Of a DNA stretch of 64,000 bases, positions 35,201-47,300 are shown piece by piece. The notes beneath the pieces were generated by a model, which made no database searches, was not told where the DNA came from, and worked only from the letters and a program-made list of their open reading frames with translations. The DNA is taken from NCBI GenBank assembly GCA_950097015.1, contig CATNEN010000039.1, forward strand, positions 744,001-808,000. Direction: 5' to 3'. The DNA is from Macrostomum hystrix (taxonomy: Eukaryota > Animalia > Platyhelminthes). The translations under genes and the position numbers were made by a program. How positions within the stretch are numbered: position 1 is the stretch's first letter; every line of letters begins with the position of its first letter.

Positions 35201-37614
35201 TAGATATGCTGAATACTAGCCAGATATGCTGAATACAAGCCAGATATGCTGAATACCAGCCAGATATGCTGAATACCAGCCAGATATGCTGAATACCAGC
35301 CAGATATGCTGAATACCAGCCAGATATGCTGAATACCAGCCAGATATGCTGAATACCAGCCAGATATGCTGAATACCAGCCAGATATGCTGAATACAAGC
35401 CAGATATGCTGAATAGTAGCCAGATATGCTGAATAGTAGCCAGATATGCTGAATAGTAGCCAGATATGCTGAATACCAGCCAGATATGCTGAATATTAGC
35501 CAGATATGCTGAATACCAGCCAGATATGCTGAATACCAGCCAGATATGCTGAATATTAGCCAGATATGCTGAATACCAGCCAGATATGCTGAATACCAGC
35601 CAGATATGCTGAATACCAGCCAGATATGCTGAATAGTAGCCAGATATGCTGAATAGTAGCCAGATATGCTGAATAGTAGCCAGATATGCTGAATAGTAGC
35701 CAGATATGCTGAATAGTAGCCAGATATGCTGAATACCAGCCAGATATGCTGAATAGTAGCCAGATATGCTGAATACCAGCCAGATATGCTGAATACCAGC
35801 CAGATATGCTGAATAGTAGCCAGATATGCTGAATACCAGCCAGATATGCTGAATAGTAGCCAGATATGCTGAATACCAGCCAGATATGCTGAATAGTAGC
35901 CAGATATGCTGAATACTAGCCAGATATGCTGAATAATAGCCAGATATGCTGAATACTAGCCAGATATGCTGAATACTAGCCAGATATGCTGAATACCAGC
36001 CAGATATGCTGAATAGTAGCCAGATATGCTGAATACTAGCCAGATATGCTGAATACTAGCCAGATATGCTGAATACCAGCCAGATATGCTGAATAGTAGC
36101 CAGATATGCTGAATACCAGCTAGATATGCTGAATAGTAGCCAGATATGCTGAATAGTAGCCAGATATGCTGAATACCAGCCAGATATGCTGAATAGTAGC
36201 CAGATATGCTGAATACCAGCCAGATATGCTGAATACCAGCCAGATATGCTGAATAGTAGCCAGATATGCTGAATACCAGCCAGATATGCTGAATACCAGC
36301 TAGATATGCTGAATAGTAGCCAGATATGCTGAATAGTAGCCAGATATGCTGAATACCAGCCAGATATGCTGAATAGTAGCCAGATATGCTGAATAGTAGC
36401 CAGATATGCTGAATACTAGCCAGATATGCCTAATACAAGCCAGATATGCTGAATACCAGCCAGATATGCTGAATACCAGCCAGATATGCTGAATAGTAGC
36501 CAGATATGCTGAATACTAGCCAGATATGCTGAATAGTAGCCAGATATGCTGAATACCAGCTAGATATGCTGAATAGTAGCCAGATATGCTGAATACCAGC
36601 CAGATATGCTGAATACCAGCTAGATATGCTGAATACTAGCCAGATATGCTGAATACAAGCCAGATATGCTGAATACCAGCCAGATATGCTGAATACCAGC
36701 CAGATATGCTGAATACCAGCCAGATATGCTGAATACCAGCCAGATATGCTGAATAGTAGCCAGATATGCTGAATACCAGCCAGATATGCTGAATAGTAGC
36801 CAGATATGCTGAATACAAGCCAGATATGCTGAATAGTAGCCAGATATGCTGAATAGTAGCCAGATATGCTGAATAGTAGCCAGATATGCTGAATAGTAGC
36901 CAGATATGCTGAATACCAGCCAGATATGCTGAATAGTAGCCAGATATGCTGAATACCAGCCAGATATGCTGAATACCAGCCAGATATGCTGAATAGTAGC
37001 CAGATATGCTGAATACCAGCCAGATATGCTGAATAGTAGCCAGATATGCTGAATACCAGCCAGATATGCTGAATAGTAGCCAGATATGCTGAATACTAGC
37101 CAGATATGCTGAATAATAGCCAGATATGCTGAATACTAGCCAGATATGCTGAATACTAGCCAGATATGCTGAATACCAGCCAGATATGCTGAATAGTAGC
37201 CAGATATGCTGAATACTAGCCAGATATGCTGAATAGTAGCCAGATATGCTGAATAGTAGCCAGATATGCTGAATACTAGCCAGATATGCTGAATACTAGC
37301 CAGATATGCTGAATACCAGCCAGATATGCTGAATACTAGCCAGATATGCTAAATAGTAGCCAGATATGCTGAATACTAGCCAGATATGCTGAATACCAGC
37401 CAGATATGCTGAATACCAGCCAGATATGCTGAATACTAGCCAGATATGCTGAATACCAGCCAGATATGCTGAATAGTAGCCAGATATGCTGAATAGTAGC
37501 CAGATATGCTGAATACTAGCCAGATATGCTGAATAGTAGCCAGATATGCTGAATACCAGCCAGATATGCTGAATAGTAGCCAGATATGCTGAATAGTAGC
37601 CAGATATGCTGAAT
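29204..37614. repeat. 8.4-kb satellite, 20-bp unit agccagatatgctgaat+(agt/acc/act/aca/aat/att), ~420 copies
   Basis: Continuous array; three 18-bp deletion units at ~31170, ~33068 and ~34686. Confidence 0.98.
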
Positions 37615-38210
37615 ATAGCTGGTGTCAAATGCAGCTCAAGCACTTTTACTGTATATCAGTGCATTAGATGTATCAAACTGCAGATTTACTTCCTAACTGT
37701 GCTAATTTCATGTCGTCTACAGCTCAATATTTGTTTATTATTTTTCCAATAAACTAATAATAAACGTTTGCAAATATGTAATAAAGAATAAATAATTTCA
37801 AATAAACGTGAGCGACGACTTCGCGAGAAGGCGCGGCAAGGCCTCGGCCGCATTTCAGGGACGGCGCAGGCGTTGGCAGGGTCGCACGGATCGCTGCATC
37901 GACCGGCTGCTGATGGACGCCCCCCCGCCCCGACCAAGCGGAAACCGTGACGCGGTTACGGTCGCTGGCCCTCAGTCGCGCGATCTGACGCTCCCCCTGA
38001 CCTCGTGGCCGGTGGGGCTGCGTCTAGTTAGTTAGTTTCATTTTCTAGGTATTGTACCTAAAGTGCCGCTATGAAAATGTAGAACAATTATACACCTGTT
38101 TGCCTTTACGGGCTTCTTCGGGCGAGAGATGGCCAAGGCCCATAGCACAGGGGTCACATAATGTCAATTCCCTAGGAATTCCAGCACATCGATGCAATTG
38201 CCTTTACCGG

Positions 38211-39018
38211 CTCGATCGCTATCCTAAAATATGGAAACCCAAAGAGCAGTCACTTACTCCGAAACCACGGGAGGTGAGTGGTGTGATATGCTCGATCGCT
38301 ATCCTAAAATATGGAAACCCAAAGAGCAGTCACTTACTCCGAAACCACGGGAGGTGAGTGGTGTGATATGCTCGATCGCTATCCTAAAATATGGAAACCC
38401 AAAGAGCAGTCACTTACTCCGAAACCACGGGAGGTGAGTGGTGTGATATGCTCGATCGCTATCCTAAAATATGGAAACCCAAAGAGCAGTCACTTACTCC
38501 GAAACCACGGGAGGTGAGTGGTGTGATATGCTCGATCGCTATCCTAAAATATGGAAACCCAAAGAGCAGTCACTTACTCCGAAACCACGGGAGGTGAGTG
38601 GTGTGATATGCTCGATCGCTATCCTAAAATATGGAAACCCAAAGAGCAGTCACTTACTCCGAAACCACGGGAGGTGAGTGGTGTGATATGCTCGATCGCT
38701 ATCCTAAAATATGGAAACCCAAAGAGCAGTCACTTACTCCGAAACCACGGGAGGTGAGTGGTGTGATATGCTCGATCGCTATCCTAAAATATGGAAACCC
38801 AAAGAGCAGTCACTTACTCCGAAACCACGGGAGGTGAGTGGTGTGATATGCTCGATCGCTATCCTAAAATATGGAAACCCAAAGAGCAGTCACTTACTCC
38901 GAAACCACGGGAGGTGAGTGGTGTGATATGCTCGATCGCTATCCTAAAATATGGAAACCCAAAGAGCAGTCACTTACTCCGAAACCACGGGAGGTGAGTG
39001 GTGTGATATGCTCGATCG
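38211..39018. repeat. Perfect 80-bp tandem repeat x10
   Basis: ctcgatcgctatcctaaaatatggaaacccaaagagcagtcacttactccgaaaccacgggaggtgagtggtgtgatatg; no visible variants. Confidence 0.97.
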
Positions 39019-39959
39019 TAACTGAGACCAATTTGGCTATTAAGACAACGTTTTCTGGCCCTGATTGGACGTAAATCTAAATATTCTGGGAAGGGCAAGA
39101 CACCCGCCTCAGCCCGCTCACTTGCACCTGGCATCCAGGTGTACATAGCCTAGCGTACATTAAGTCAACGACTATACGCGGCGCACTACATCTCTCCCAT
39201 TTTCGAATGCTAACGACAGGAGATAAAGGTACAATAAAACAAGCTCCGAAATGGTTTAAAACTGAGAAAAGGAAATAAAATAATGACGCACAAATATTGC
39301 ATAAACACCAAAATTATAGTCCGCGTCAGTTCAGTCTCTGCACAAAGGACCACTAGAAGGACGGAAACACTTAGTTTCTTGGAAAATTTATTGAAGGCAG
39401 ATTTTGACGGGGAAAATGTACTAGCGAGGTAGGTTTTTCACATTTAAATGTTGATAACTTTGTTCTTTTGCTGTTCTTTTAATACATCTCGCAAAAATTG
39501 TTGGCATTAGATTCGAATGTTAGGAAGCTTAAGCATGAAAAATTGATCTTTCTTTTATTTTCGCTATTTATGAAGCACAATTGCCAGTCAATAGCTATCT
39601 TCTTGTGATTAACTCATTTTTACAGTCACTTTCTAATAATTTATAAGTGCATTAGGATAATTTTGTCGGATATTTTCATTAACAAATCAGTAGGCCAAGC
39701 TATAGGCTAAATCATGTCTGCTTGGTTGCTATTGTGATTCATGATAAAAGACGAAAATAAAATGAGGATCAATTATCATGAAAAATGCTTTCTAATATTC
39801 GTTGAAGCAAAATGTTTTTCAGGATATAATAAAAGAACAGCTTTAAGTTATCGACTTTTTTATTTGAAAAAACGTAAAACTTTCCAATCTCGCCAGTGCA
39901 TTTTCCGTTCAAATCTGCCTTTAATAACTTTTCCAAGAAACGAAGTGTCCCTCCTTCTT

Positions 39960-40515
39960 CTAGTCGTCATTGTCTCTGCACTGATCGATTCACACCGTCT
40001 CTGGCAGCTCGTGGGTGGGGACGGAGAGCCACCGGGGAGGCCTGCCGCCCGGCGCTGCGCCATCAGCAGTGCTGGCTGGATCAGGGCTGTTGACCTGACC
40101 GCCGTGCAGTGGCACCAGCAGATCGCAACATCGCGGCGCAGCAACAACGAGTTTCCGACCAACCGATCGACCTTCCACGCTCCGCTCTCGTATGGCGTCT
40201 GCGTTTTGCTGGTGCCGATTTGCCGTCGCAACACCGAGTCACCGACCCGGATTTCGTGTGGTCAGGTCTGAGACACTACTGCGTCATCTTGCGTCTGCTC
40301 GTTGCTTCGTCACGGCCTAGGCATTGGCGTATGTCTCTCGAAGCTGGACGTTCGTTGATGCAGACCCGCTGGGACGGCCGCGCGGCCGGTATGACATCGT
40401 TTGGCTGCCGGCCTATGAGTAGCTCGTCCGGCGTGCGGCCGGTGGCCGTATGTGGCGTGGTTCGGTAATCCAGAAGCCAGTCATCCAGTCTCTCCGCTCT
40501 TCGATGGCCGCCCGC
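39960..40515 (-). mobile_element. Decayed Gypsy integrase C-terminal fragment
   Basis: Minus strand reads LDDWLLDYRTTPHTATGRTPDELLIGRQP (integrase end motif), then HEIRVGDSVLRRQ...PYESGAWKV (GPY/F-like region); reading frame disrupted. Confidence 0.75.
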
Positions 40516-41386
40516 AAGACCATATTACAGGGACAACTAAAGTAGTATTAGGCTAGCTATTAGTAGTGATCCTGTCCTTGCTAATCGACCGGTTCAGCCG
40601 TTCCGTCATGCTATTATTTAGTTATTAAGTTAAGTTATGATTATTGAGTTATGGATCGACTAAGATACATGTACAGATTACTCCCATACTTTTTATTAAA
40701 AGCATGCAATTTTTTCTTTGTATGGCTACAGATCTAGTCGTGATATCGTGCCTAATTCATGATGACGTCCGTGATTTTGTTTTAACAACTGCAGTTTCGC
40801 AGAAGTTTTTTTGAGACATTCGATTATTGCTGCATTTCCCTCGTGCTGCGTGTGCGTGTATATTATTTTAGCTAATCGGAACAGTCCAATTGGGTATGCT
40901 CTTTGATTGTCTCATCCACGTATTCGATTTAATCAAGAAAAAAGCCAGCTGTTTACTTAAGACATCTAGACATTAATAAACCTTAAGTCAAGCACATTTA
41001 AACATAAGCTTTTCTCAAATTGTCGGTTCAAAGTTTTATAAAACTGCATAAAGTCATAAGAAATCAATTGATATTTTCTAAAACATCTTGTCTCTGGACA
41101 TTAAGGGTGCCTGTCTTTCTTTACCTTATTGTCTGACGCCTTCGACTTATATACTTCGACTTTTCTTGCTTTATTTCTGTACAAGTTCAAGTCCTTTTTG
41201 AAATTTCAGTTTAATATGCACAGCTAGTTAGCAATCAGATTCCAATCATATACATATGATCATTTGTATTTTTTTAAACATCTATTTTCTCTAGTTAGTC
41301 ACTTGGAACTGACTGACCCTAGGCCTAGCTCACTAGTATTGAACTAGATTCTTATATCAGACAACAATCTGATATTCCATTACAAA

Positions 41387-44300
41387 ATGGACTCTGATCA
41401 TCAAATGAAAATCGTGATGTAAGTGGCATTTTTATTGTTTTTTTGTGAAAGCATCTTTCTTTCTAGTTATTTTATTGTTATTTTGTATTATGATTAAGTT
41501 GTCTTATTGAAAAGACATTATGAGGTTGTTGGCCTAGAGACATACTCTGACTTCTTAGAATCTTAGTTCTTTGATCACTGTGAGGCTGGTTAGAGTAGTT
41601 GTGTATTGTTTTTGTTGCTTGTTTTATTGAATTATATAATATTATTGATGTGTTGGAAGGCAGGGAGAAAGACGAGCAGTTGTATTTGTATGAATAATTT
41701 GTAGGCCAGTGTGACCTTGTGTGACCTTGTCAACCTTGCTAGTGTTTCTCATTCATTTGTTTCATTATAAGATATTTTTCCATAGGCCGCTGGCTTGGGG
41801 CTCTCTTTACTACAGTAATGTGTTAGGAGGTTTTACCCCTAGACACTTCGCACAAGCACAACAAAAAGTAATTGCAGTTAGTATGTAAGTCCATATTAAC
41901 TTCCCCCTCCTCAAAAATGGATACTCTCTACTCGTTAGTTCGTTGTTTACATTTCTTTGATAAGTCTCTTGGGTGGCATTCCTTTGTTTCCCCTGTTGGA
42001 CTGACAGACCTTCTGATGTTGCTGATGCATTCATTCTATTGGACTAGAGCATAGCTGTTACCATGACTGTTTTTCTGTAAGGTACTAGGTTGAGTGACAT
42101 CTAAATTTTACCATTGTCTAGTCAGTATGTGAAGTTACCAACAATTTTAGTACCTCTGAATGGCGAGGTGAAAGGTGATTTGCCCTTGGGCACATGGGGA
42201 AGATGGACATATACCAGGTTGCCGACTCTTAAATGCCGCTTGAAAACCCGGTGTTTTTCTTGTCTTGTTGGGCAGTGGAACTGATGTGGAGCAGTTAAAT
42301 ATTGTCTTTCTCCGACCTGTCCGCCTGTGTTGTGGCTTTTTGGGGCTGAAAGTTTGCTCTAATATTCCGGCCAAAGATTAGTTTGGCGGGTGAGTCCCCA
42401 TTGTCATTTGGTGTTGTTTGGAAGCTGAAGATTGTCTGTTGCATGCTGTCTTAAAAAATTTTCCAGTCAGTTTTGAATGTTTGGGCTGCATTTTTCAACG
42501 TACGATTGAACACTTCCACTTTCCCATTTTGTCTGGGTTTGTAAAGTGGTACTCTTTAGTGCTGTATATCGTGGGAATAGAGAAATTCCTCCATCTCTTT
42601 AGATACGAAAGACACATTGTTAGATACTAAGGTGTCTGGGTTGCCGAATCTGTTGAAAACTTCAGTCAGCCATTTAATTAGACTTGATGACCTTGTATCT
42701 CCATACATGTGCAACCTCCCAAATCTTAGCCGGCCGTGCGACTTAGTTTTTGCTCTCATTTGCGACTTAGTTCATTTCATTGCTCTATTTACAACTTAGT
42801 TTGCTCTCATTTGCTCTCTTTTTCTCTCCCCTTTTTCCTTTTCTTCACGCCTTCCTTTTTTGTCCCTTGGTCCCCCCTTTGATTTTTTTGCGCTTGGTCT
42901 ATTGGTTTTTGCGACTTACCTTGCTTGGCCCTTGTTTCACCCGGCCGGTTCGGCCGGGTCGGCCGGGTGTTGCGCATGTATGTGTATCTCCCATAAGGAG
43001 TATCTCTGGGTATGACGAATGGTAATCAATCAGTGCGACAACAAATTGTTGGTTTTTGGGGAGCAGTCACAAATGGGCCAGTGATGTCGATAGCAAGCTT
43101 TGACCAAGGTCTGTCAGGCTTCCTGGTTGGTCCTCCATCAGGCACAATAATCTTGTGTGATTTTGCACTGTCCTGACATGGTAGACAGAATTTGACATAG
43201 TTCGTTATGGCACTGTCTATGCCTGGCCACCAATAAGCTGACCGTAGAAGTCACTTCATTCGCATGATGCCTGGGTGGCCTTTGTGGGCACGCTTTAGGA
43301 TTGACTTGGTTAGGCTGCTAGGTGGTACAATTTTTTTACCATGGAGAAGAAATCCGCTTTCAATTGTCAGTTTGTCTTGTACATGTGCAAATGCCTTAAG
43401 TTCTGGTTTCCTTTTGTCAATTTTTCTGGAGCTCCGCACGGCCATCATAACTTCCTGCAATATAGGATCTGTGCTTGTGTGTGCCAGCAAATTTTTTTTG
43501 CAGAAGGATTGTTGATGTCATTTGAAATCAAAATATTGCGGATTGTAAGTTCTTCGTCCTCCACGCTGTCCAGTCCGTCATCAACTGGTAGCCTGGACAA
43601 GGCGTCAGCATACGTGGTTTGTGCTTCTGGGCTTGTATACTATATCGTAGTCAAACTCGGACAAACGGACTAACCAGCGAGTAAACTTGGTTGACTTCGT
43701 TTTGTTACTGTGTTGTCGTAAGAGACTCGTTAGTGCAGAGTTATCCGTTTGTAGGGTGAAACGCGGGCCTAGCAAGTATTTCGCGAAGTGTTCACATGCC
43801 CAGACACAGGCAAGGGCTTCGCGCTCGTTAACTGCGTAGTTTTGTTCTCTCTCGGAGAGCGCATGGGACGCGAATGCTATCGGCACCTCTACTTCATTTT
43901 GCACTTGAGACAGGACGGCGCCGATTCCGGCATCTGATGCATCGGTTGTCAAAATTGTGGGGAGATTCGGGTCGAAAATGGCCAGTTCCAGTCGCTCATG
44001 AAGTAGGGTCTTTACTTTTTCGAAAGCAGTTTGTTGGTCGTTTCCCCAAATGAATTTCTGATTTTGTCGTGTCAGTCGCCTCAGGGGTTCAGTGGCCCCA
44101 GCTAGGTCTCAAACGAAATTAGAATGGTAGTTGATGAGGCCTAAAAAGGAACGTAGCTCCGTTTGGTTTTTTGGTGTCAGTGTGTTCCTGATTGCCGAGA
44201 GTTTGTCTGGATCAGACTCGATTCGTCCTTTTTAGTTTATTATATATCCGAGGAAGGGTACCCGTTCTTGGCGGAACATGCATTTCGAAATGTTGATGCG

Positions 44301-47300
44301 GAAATCTTTTTCGTTTAGTCGTTCGAGTACCTTGCGTAATTCGTCGTCGAGCTCTCTGATCGTTCGTCCATGCACGAGTATGTCGTCGATGTACTATCGT
44401 ACTATACTATACTATACTATACTATCGTTTGGGTGCAGTCTCCGAGGGTATCGCTCACACATCGCTGAAATACAGATGCAGAGTCTGCGAGGCCCATTGG
44501 TAGGCGATTGTAGGCATACAGTCCTATTGGCGTTGCTGTTGTCGTCAAGAGCTTACTCTCTTCATCGAGTTTTATATGGAAATAGGCGCGTTTTAGGTCG
44601 ATCTTTGACTTGTACCACGCGCCGTTCAGCTTGAGGAACAATTCGCTGATGTTTGGTATTGGATGCCTGTCCGGGACAATAAACTTGTTCAGATAGGAAA
44701 AGTCGGTTGTTATTCGGACGCCACCATCCGTTTTCCAGACTGTGACGAGTGCGTTGCTCCATGAGCTCTTCACAACAGGAGTCCAAATCCCAAAATCTTC
44801 CATGTTCTTAATCTCGTTGATGGCTGCTTCGCGGCGGGCAAGTGGGATTGTACGGGCGGGAATGTATTTTAAGGTTGCGTCGCTCTGTAGGGTAATGTTG
44901 TGCGTATAATCCGGATAGGTACCAAGCGATTCGTCCTTGAGTTGTGGCAAATCATCAGCAACATCACACTTCAGCTCTGTGACCGTCGATACTTGCATGG
45001 AGGCGCCATCGAATTTGAGTCCTAGTCTTCTAATCAGATCTAGTCCGACGATAGGTTTCAGATAGTCTTGTGTGACGTACAGTGTTGCAGTTGTCACCCG
45101 GCCTTGAATGCTGACTTCTGGGGATATGTATCCGATGATGCCTGGGACGGCGCTGTTATCGTAGTTCCGCAGCGTCAGATTTGTTGGTCTGATTTCTATT
45201 TCTGGCCAGAGGCGTTTCGAATCCGCTATTCGAATGGTGGACACCTCGGCGGCCGTGTCAAGCAACGCCTAATAGCTACCGCTTCTGCCTCAGTCAGCGC
45301 TCTGACCAACTGTCCTCAGGCGTCTACTGATGGTTCGGATCTTCATCTGCGGCTTTGCTCTTCGCTGTGAGATGATGCAGTGGGAGGCAAAATGGTTTGG
45401 TTTGCCGCATCCTTTACAGATCTTTCCCAGAGCCGGACATTTCGGATCTTTGTATGCATGGGTGCTCGATCCGCAACCCATGCATTGCGGCTTCTTGCTT
45501 TTGTCAGCGGAGAGAGTCGTCGATGATGGTTTCTTATTTCTGGTTTCCGGTTTCTGGTCGAACCACGTCATTGTGCGTTTCTGCACTTGCTGAATTGGCG
45601 CAGCTCCGTTGCTCCTGATGATTTCTCCGGTTTGTGACGCGGACTCATCGGCTCGCATGATAGTCAAAAAGGACTGCAGGTCGATGGTCGGCTCCGCCAG
45701 TAGTTTTTCTTGTGTGTTCTTCCACTAGCATGGCCAGTTGCCGTTCCTCCCCGGCTCCGACTCACAGTCTGCTATAAGTGTACGCAAGGCTGTGAAGAAA
45801 TCGTTTACGGATTCACCGTGTTCTTGCTTCCGCCGTCGGAATTCGTACTCGGCGCGGACTGGGTTATGCCTTTTGCTGAATATCGTCTTTAGTTGGCCCA
45901 TGTAGTTTTCAAACATAGTCGTCGTCTCGTTATCTTGATCTTCTCTTGTCTCGTTGTCTTGAATATTGTGCGCATACGGTATGCGTCGTCCTTCAGACCC
46001 TAAGGAAGTGCGCAGAAATGCCTTCTTGAAATCCTCTGCGAGTCTGACTCAAGTTGTTGTTTCTGTGAGGAAAAATAAATCCAAGACTTCTCGTAGCCAC
46101 ATGTCCCATTTGACAGGTGGCTCGCCGGGGTTCTCGAGGAATCTTGACGGTTGCGGGATCGACACGCGAATCTGCTGAGAATGGAGAGCTGGGGAGGTTG
46201 CTGCTGCTGCCGATTTTGGATTCGCAGCAGGCGATGTTGGAGCCATGGGTTGCTGTTATCCTCGTCGCCATTGAACTTCCACACCAGATGATGTGTTGGA
46301 AGGCAGGGAGAAAGACGAGCAGTTGTATTCGTATGAATAATTCGTAGGCAGGTGTGACCTTGTCGTCAGCCTTGCTCGTGCTTCGTTATATTTTTCCATA
46401 GGCCGCTGGCTTGCGGGCTCTCTTTACTACAGTAATGTGTTAGGAGGTTTTACCCCTAGACACTTCGCACGAGCACAACAAAAAGTAATCGCAGTTAGTA
46501 TGTAAGTCCACATCAATTATACAGTTTTCTAACCTAGTCAAGGCCTACTTAAATTTTACTCCAGGTATACTAGTACTTGCTTGCTTGGAAAAAATACTGC
46601 TGCAACAGTAAAAAATAATTTGTAATAATTGAATTCAACTTTGGTAATTAGAGTAATAAAGAAATAAAAAAACGTTTTTTTCCAAAACTTTTACTCTAAA
46701 ACTTTAAAAAAATATCTAGCTTTTTAAGACCAGTTGAAATTTGGCCTTAGATAACTAGGTATTGCCATTTACTATTAATTTTCAAGTCTTAATACTAAGA
46801 TTAATTAGTTTTGTAAGTTTGTTTATAATATTTTTTGAACAAAATATAATTTGATTTAATTTGATTTGATGCCCCACACTAAATGCCAATTTCTCATGCT
46901 AAGCATAACACCAACTGCCAAAATATCATGCCACGCACCTCACCAACTGCGGATTTCTCATGCCGTGCACCTCATTAAATGCTGTATTCTCATGCCCTGC
47001 ACCTCAAACTGCCAAAATTTTCATGCCGTGCACATCACCAACTGCCGTATTCTCATGTCATGCATTCAGGACTCGCCTTCGGGACTCGATGTCGAATGTT
47101 ATCAACAGCCATTGCGAGCTGCTTCTGGGCATCTGGCAGCGCTGCGGCATCGACACGGACCACCTGCTGAACTCGCGGGTGCCGATCATCACAGACTGGG
47201 TGCACGACCTCCTGGAGGACATGGTCCGCGGCGAGGCGGACACTGAGAACGACCTGATGGAGGCCGTCCGATCCAAGCTGGCTGCCGCGCAGAGGCTGCA

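Larger units (their letters stand above)
41646..46515 (-). mobile_element. Full-length decayed Ty3/Gypsy (Mag-like) LTR retrotransposon, antisense in a PRC1 intron; TSD ATTAT
   Basis: LTRs 41646-41898 and 46289-46515 (TG...CA; left end mutated to TA); 5-bp TSD 41641-41645 and 46516-46520; PBS-like TGG motifs after the 5' LTR; PPT at 41899-41916. Gag with double zinc knuckle, protease [15 protein letters not shown] and YIDD, RNase [14 protein letters not shown], integrase HKGHPG...YWWPG...C..C, in Gypsy domain order; stops and frameshifts. Confidence 0.95.

Noticed and set aside
29462-37643. Many hydrophobic minus-strand ORFs
   Set aside because: Translations of the 20-bp satellite.
38211-39018. 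CRISPR array or hammerhead ribozyme multimer
   Set aside because: No unique spacers, no cas genes, eukaryotic context; no CUGANGA core on either strand.
39123-39153. Helitron-like 3' end (hairpin cacctgg/ccaggtg, then CTAG)
   Set aside because: Followed by C rather than T, and no 5' end or second copy was identified.
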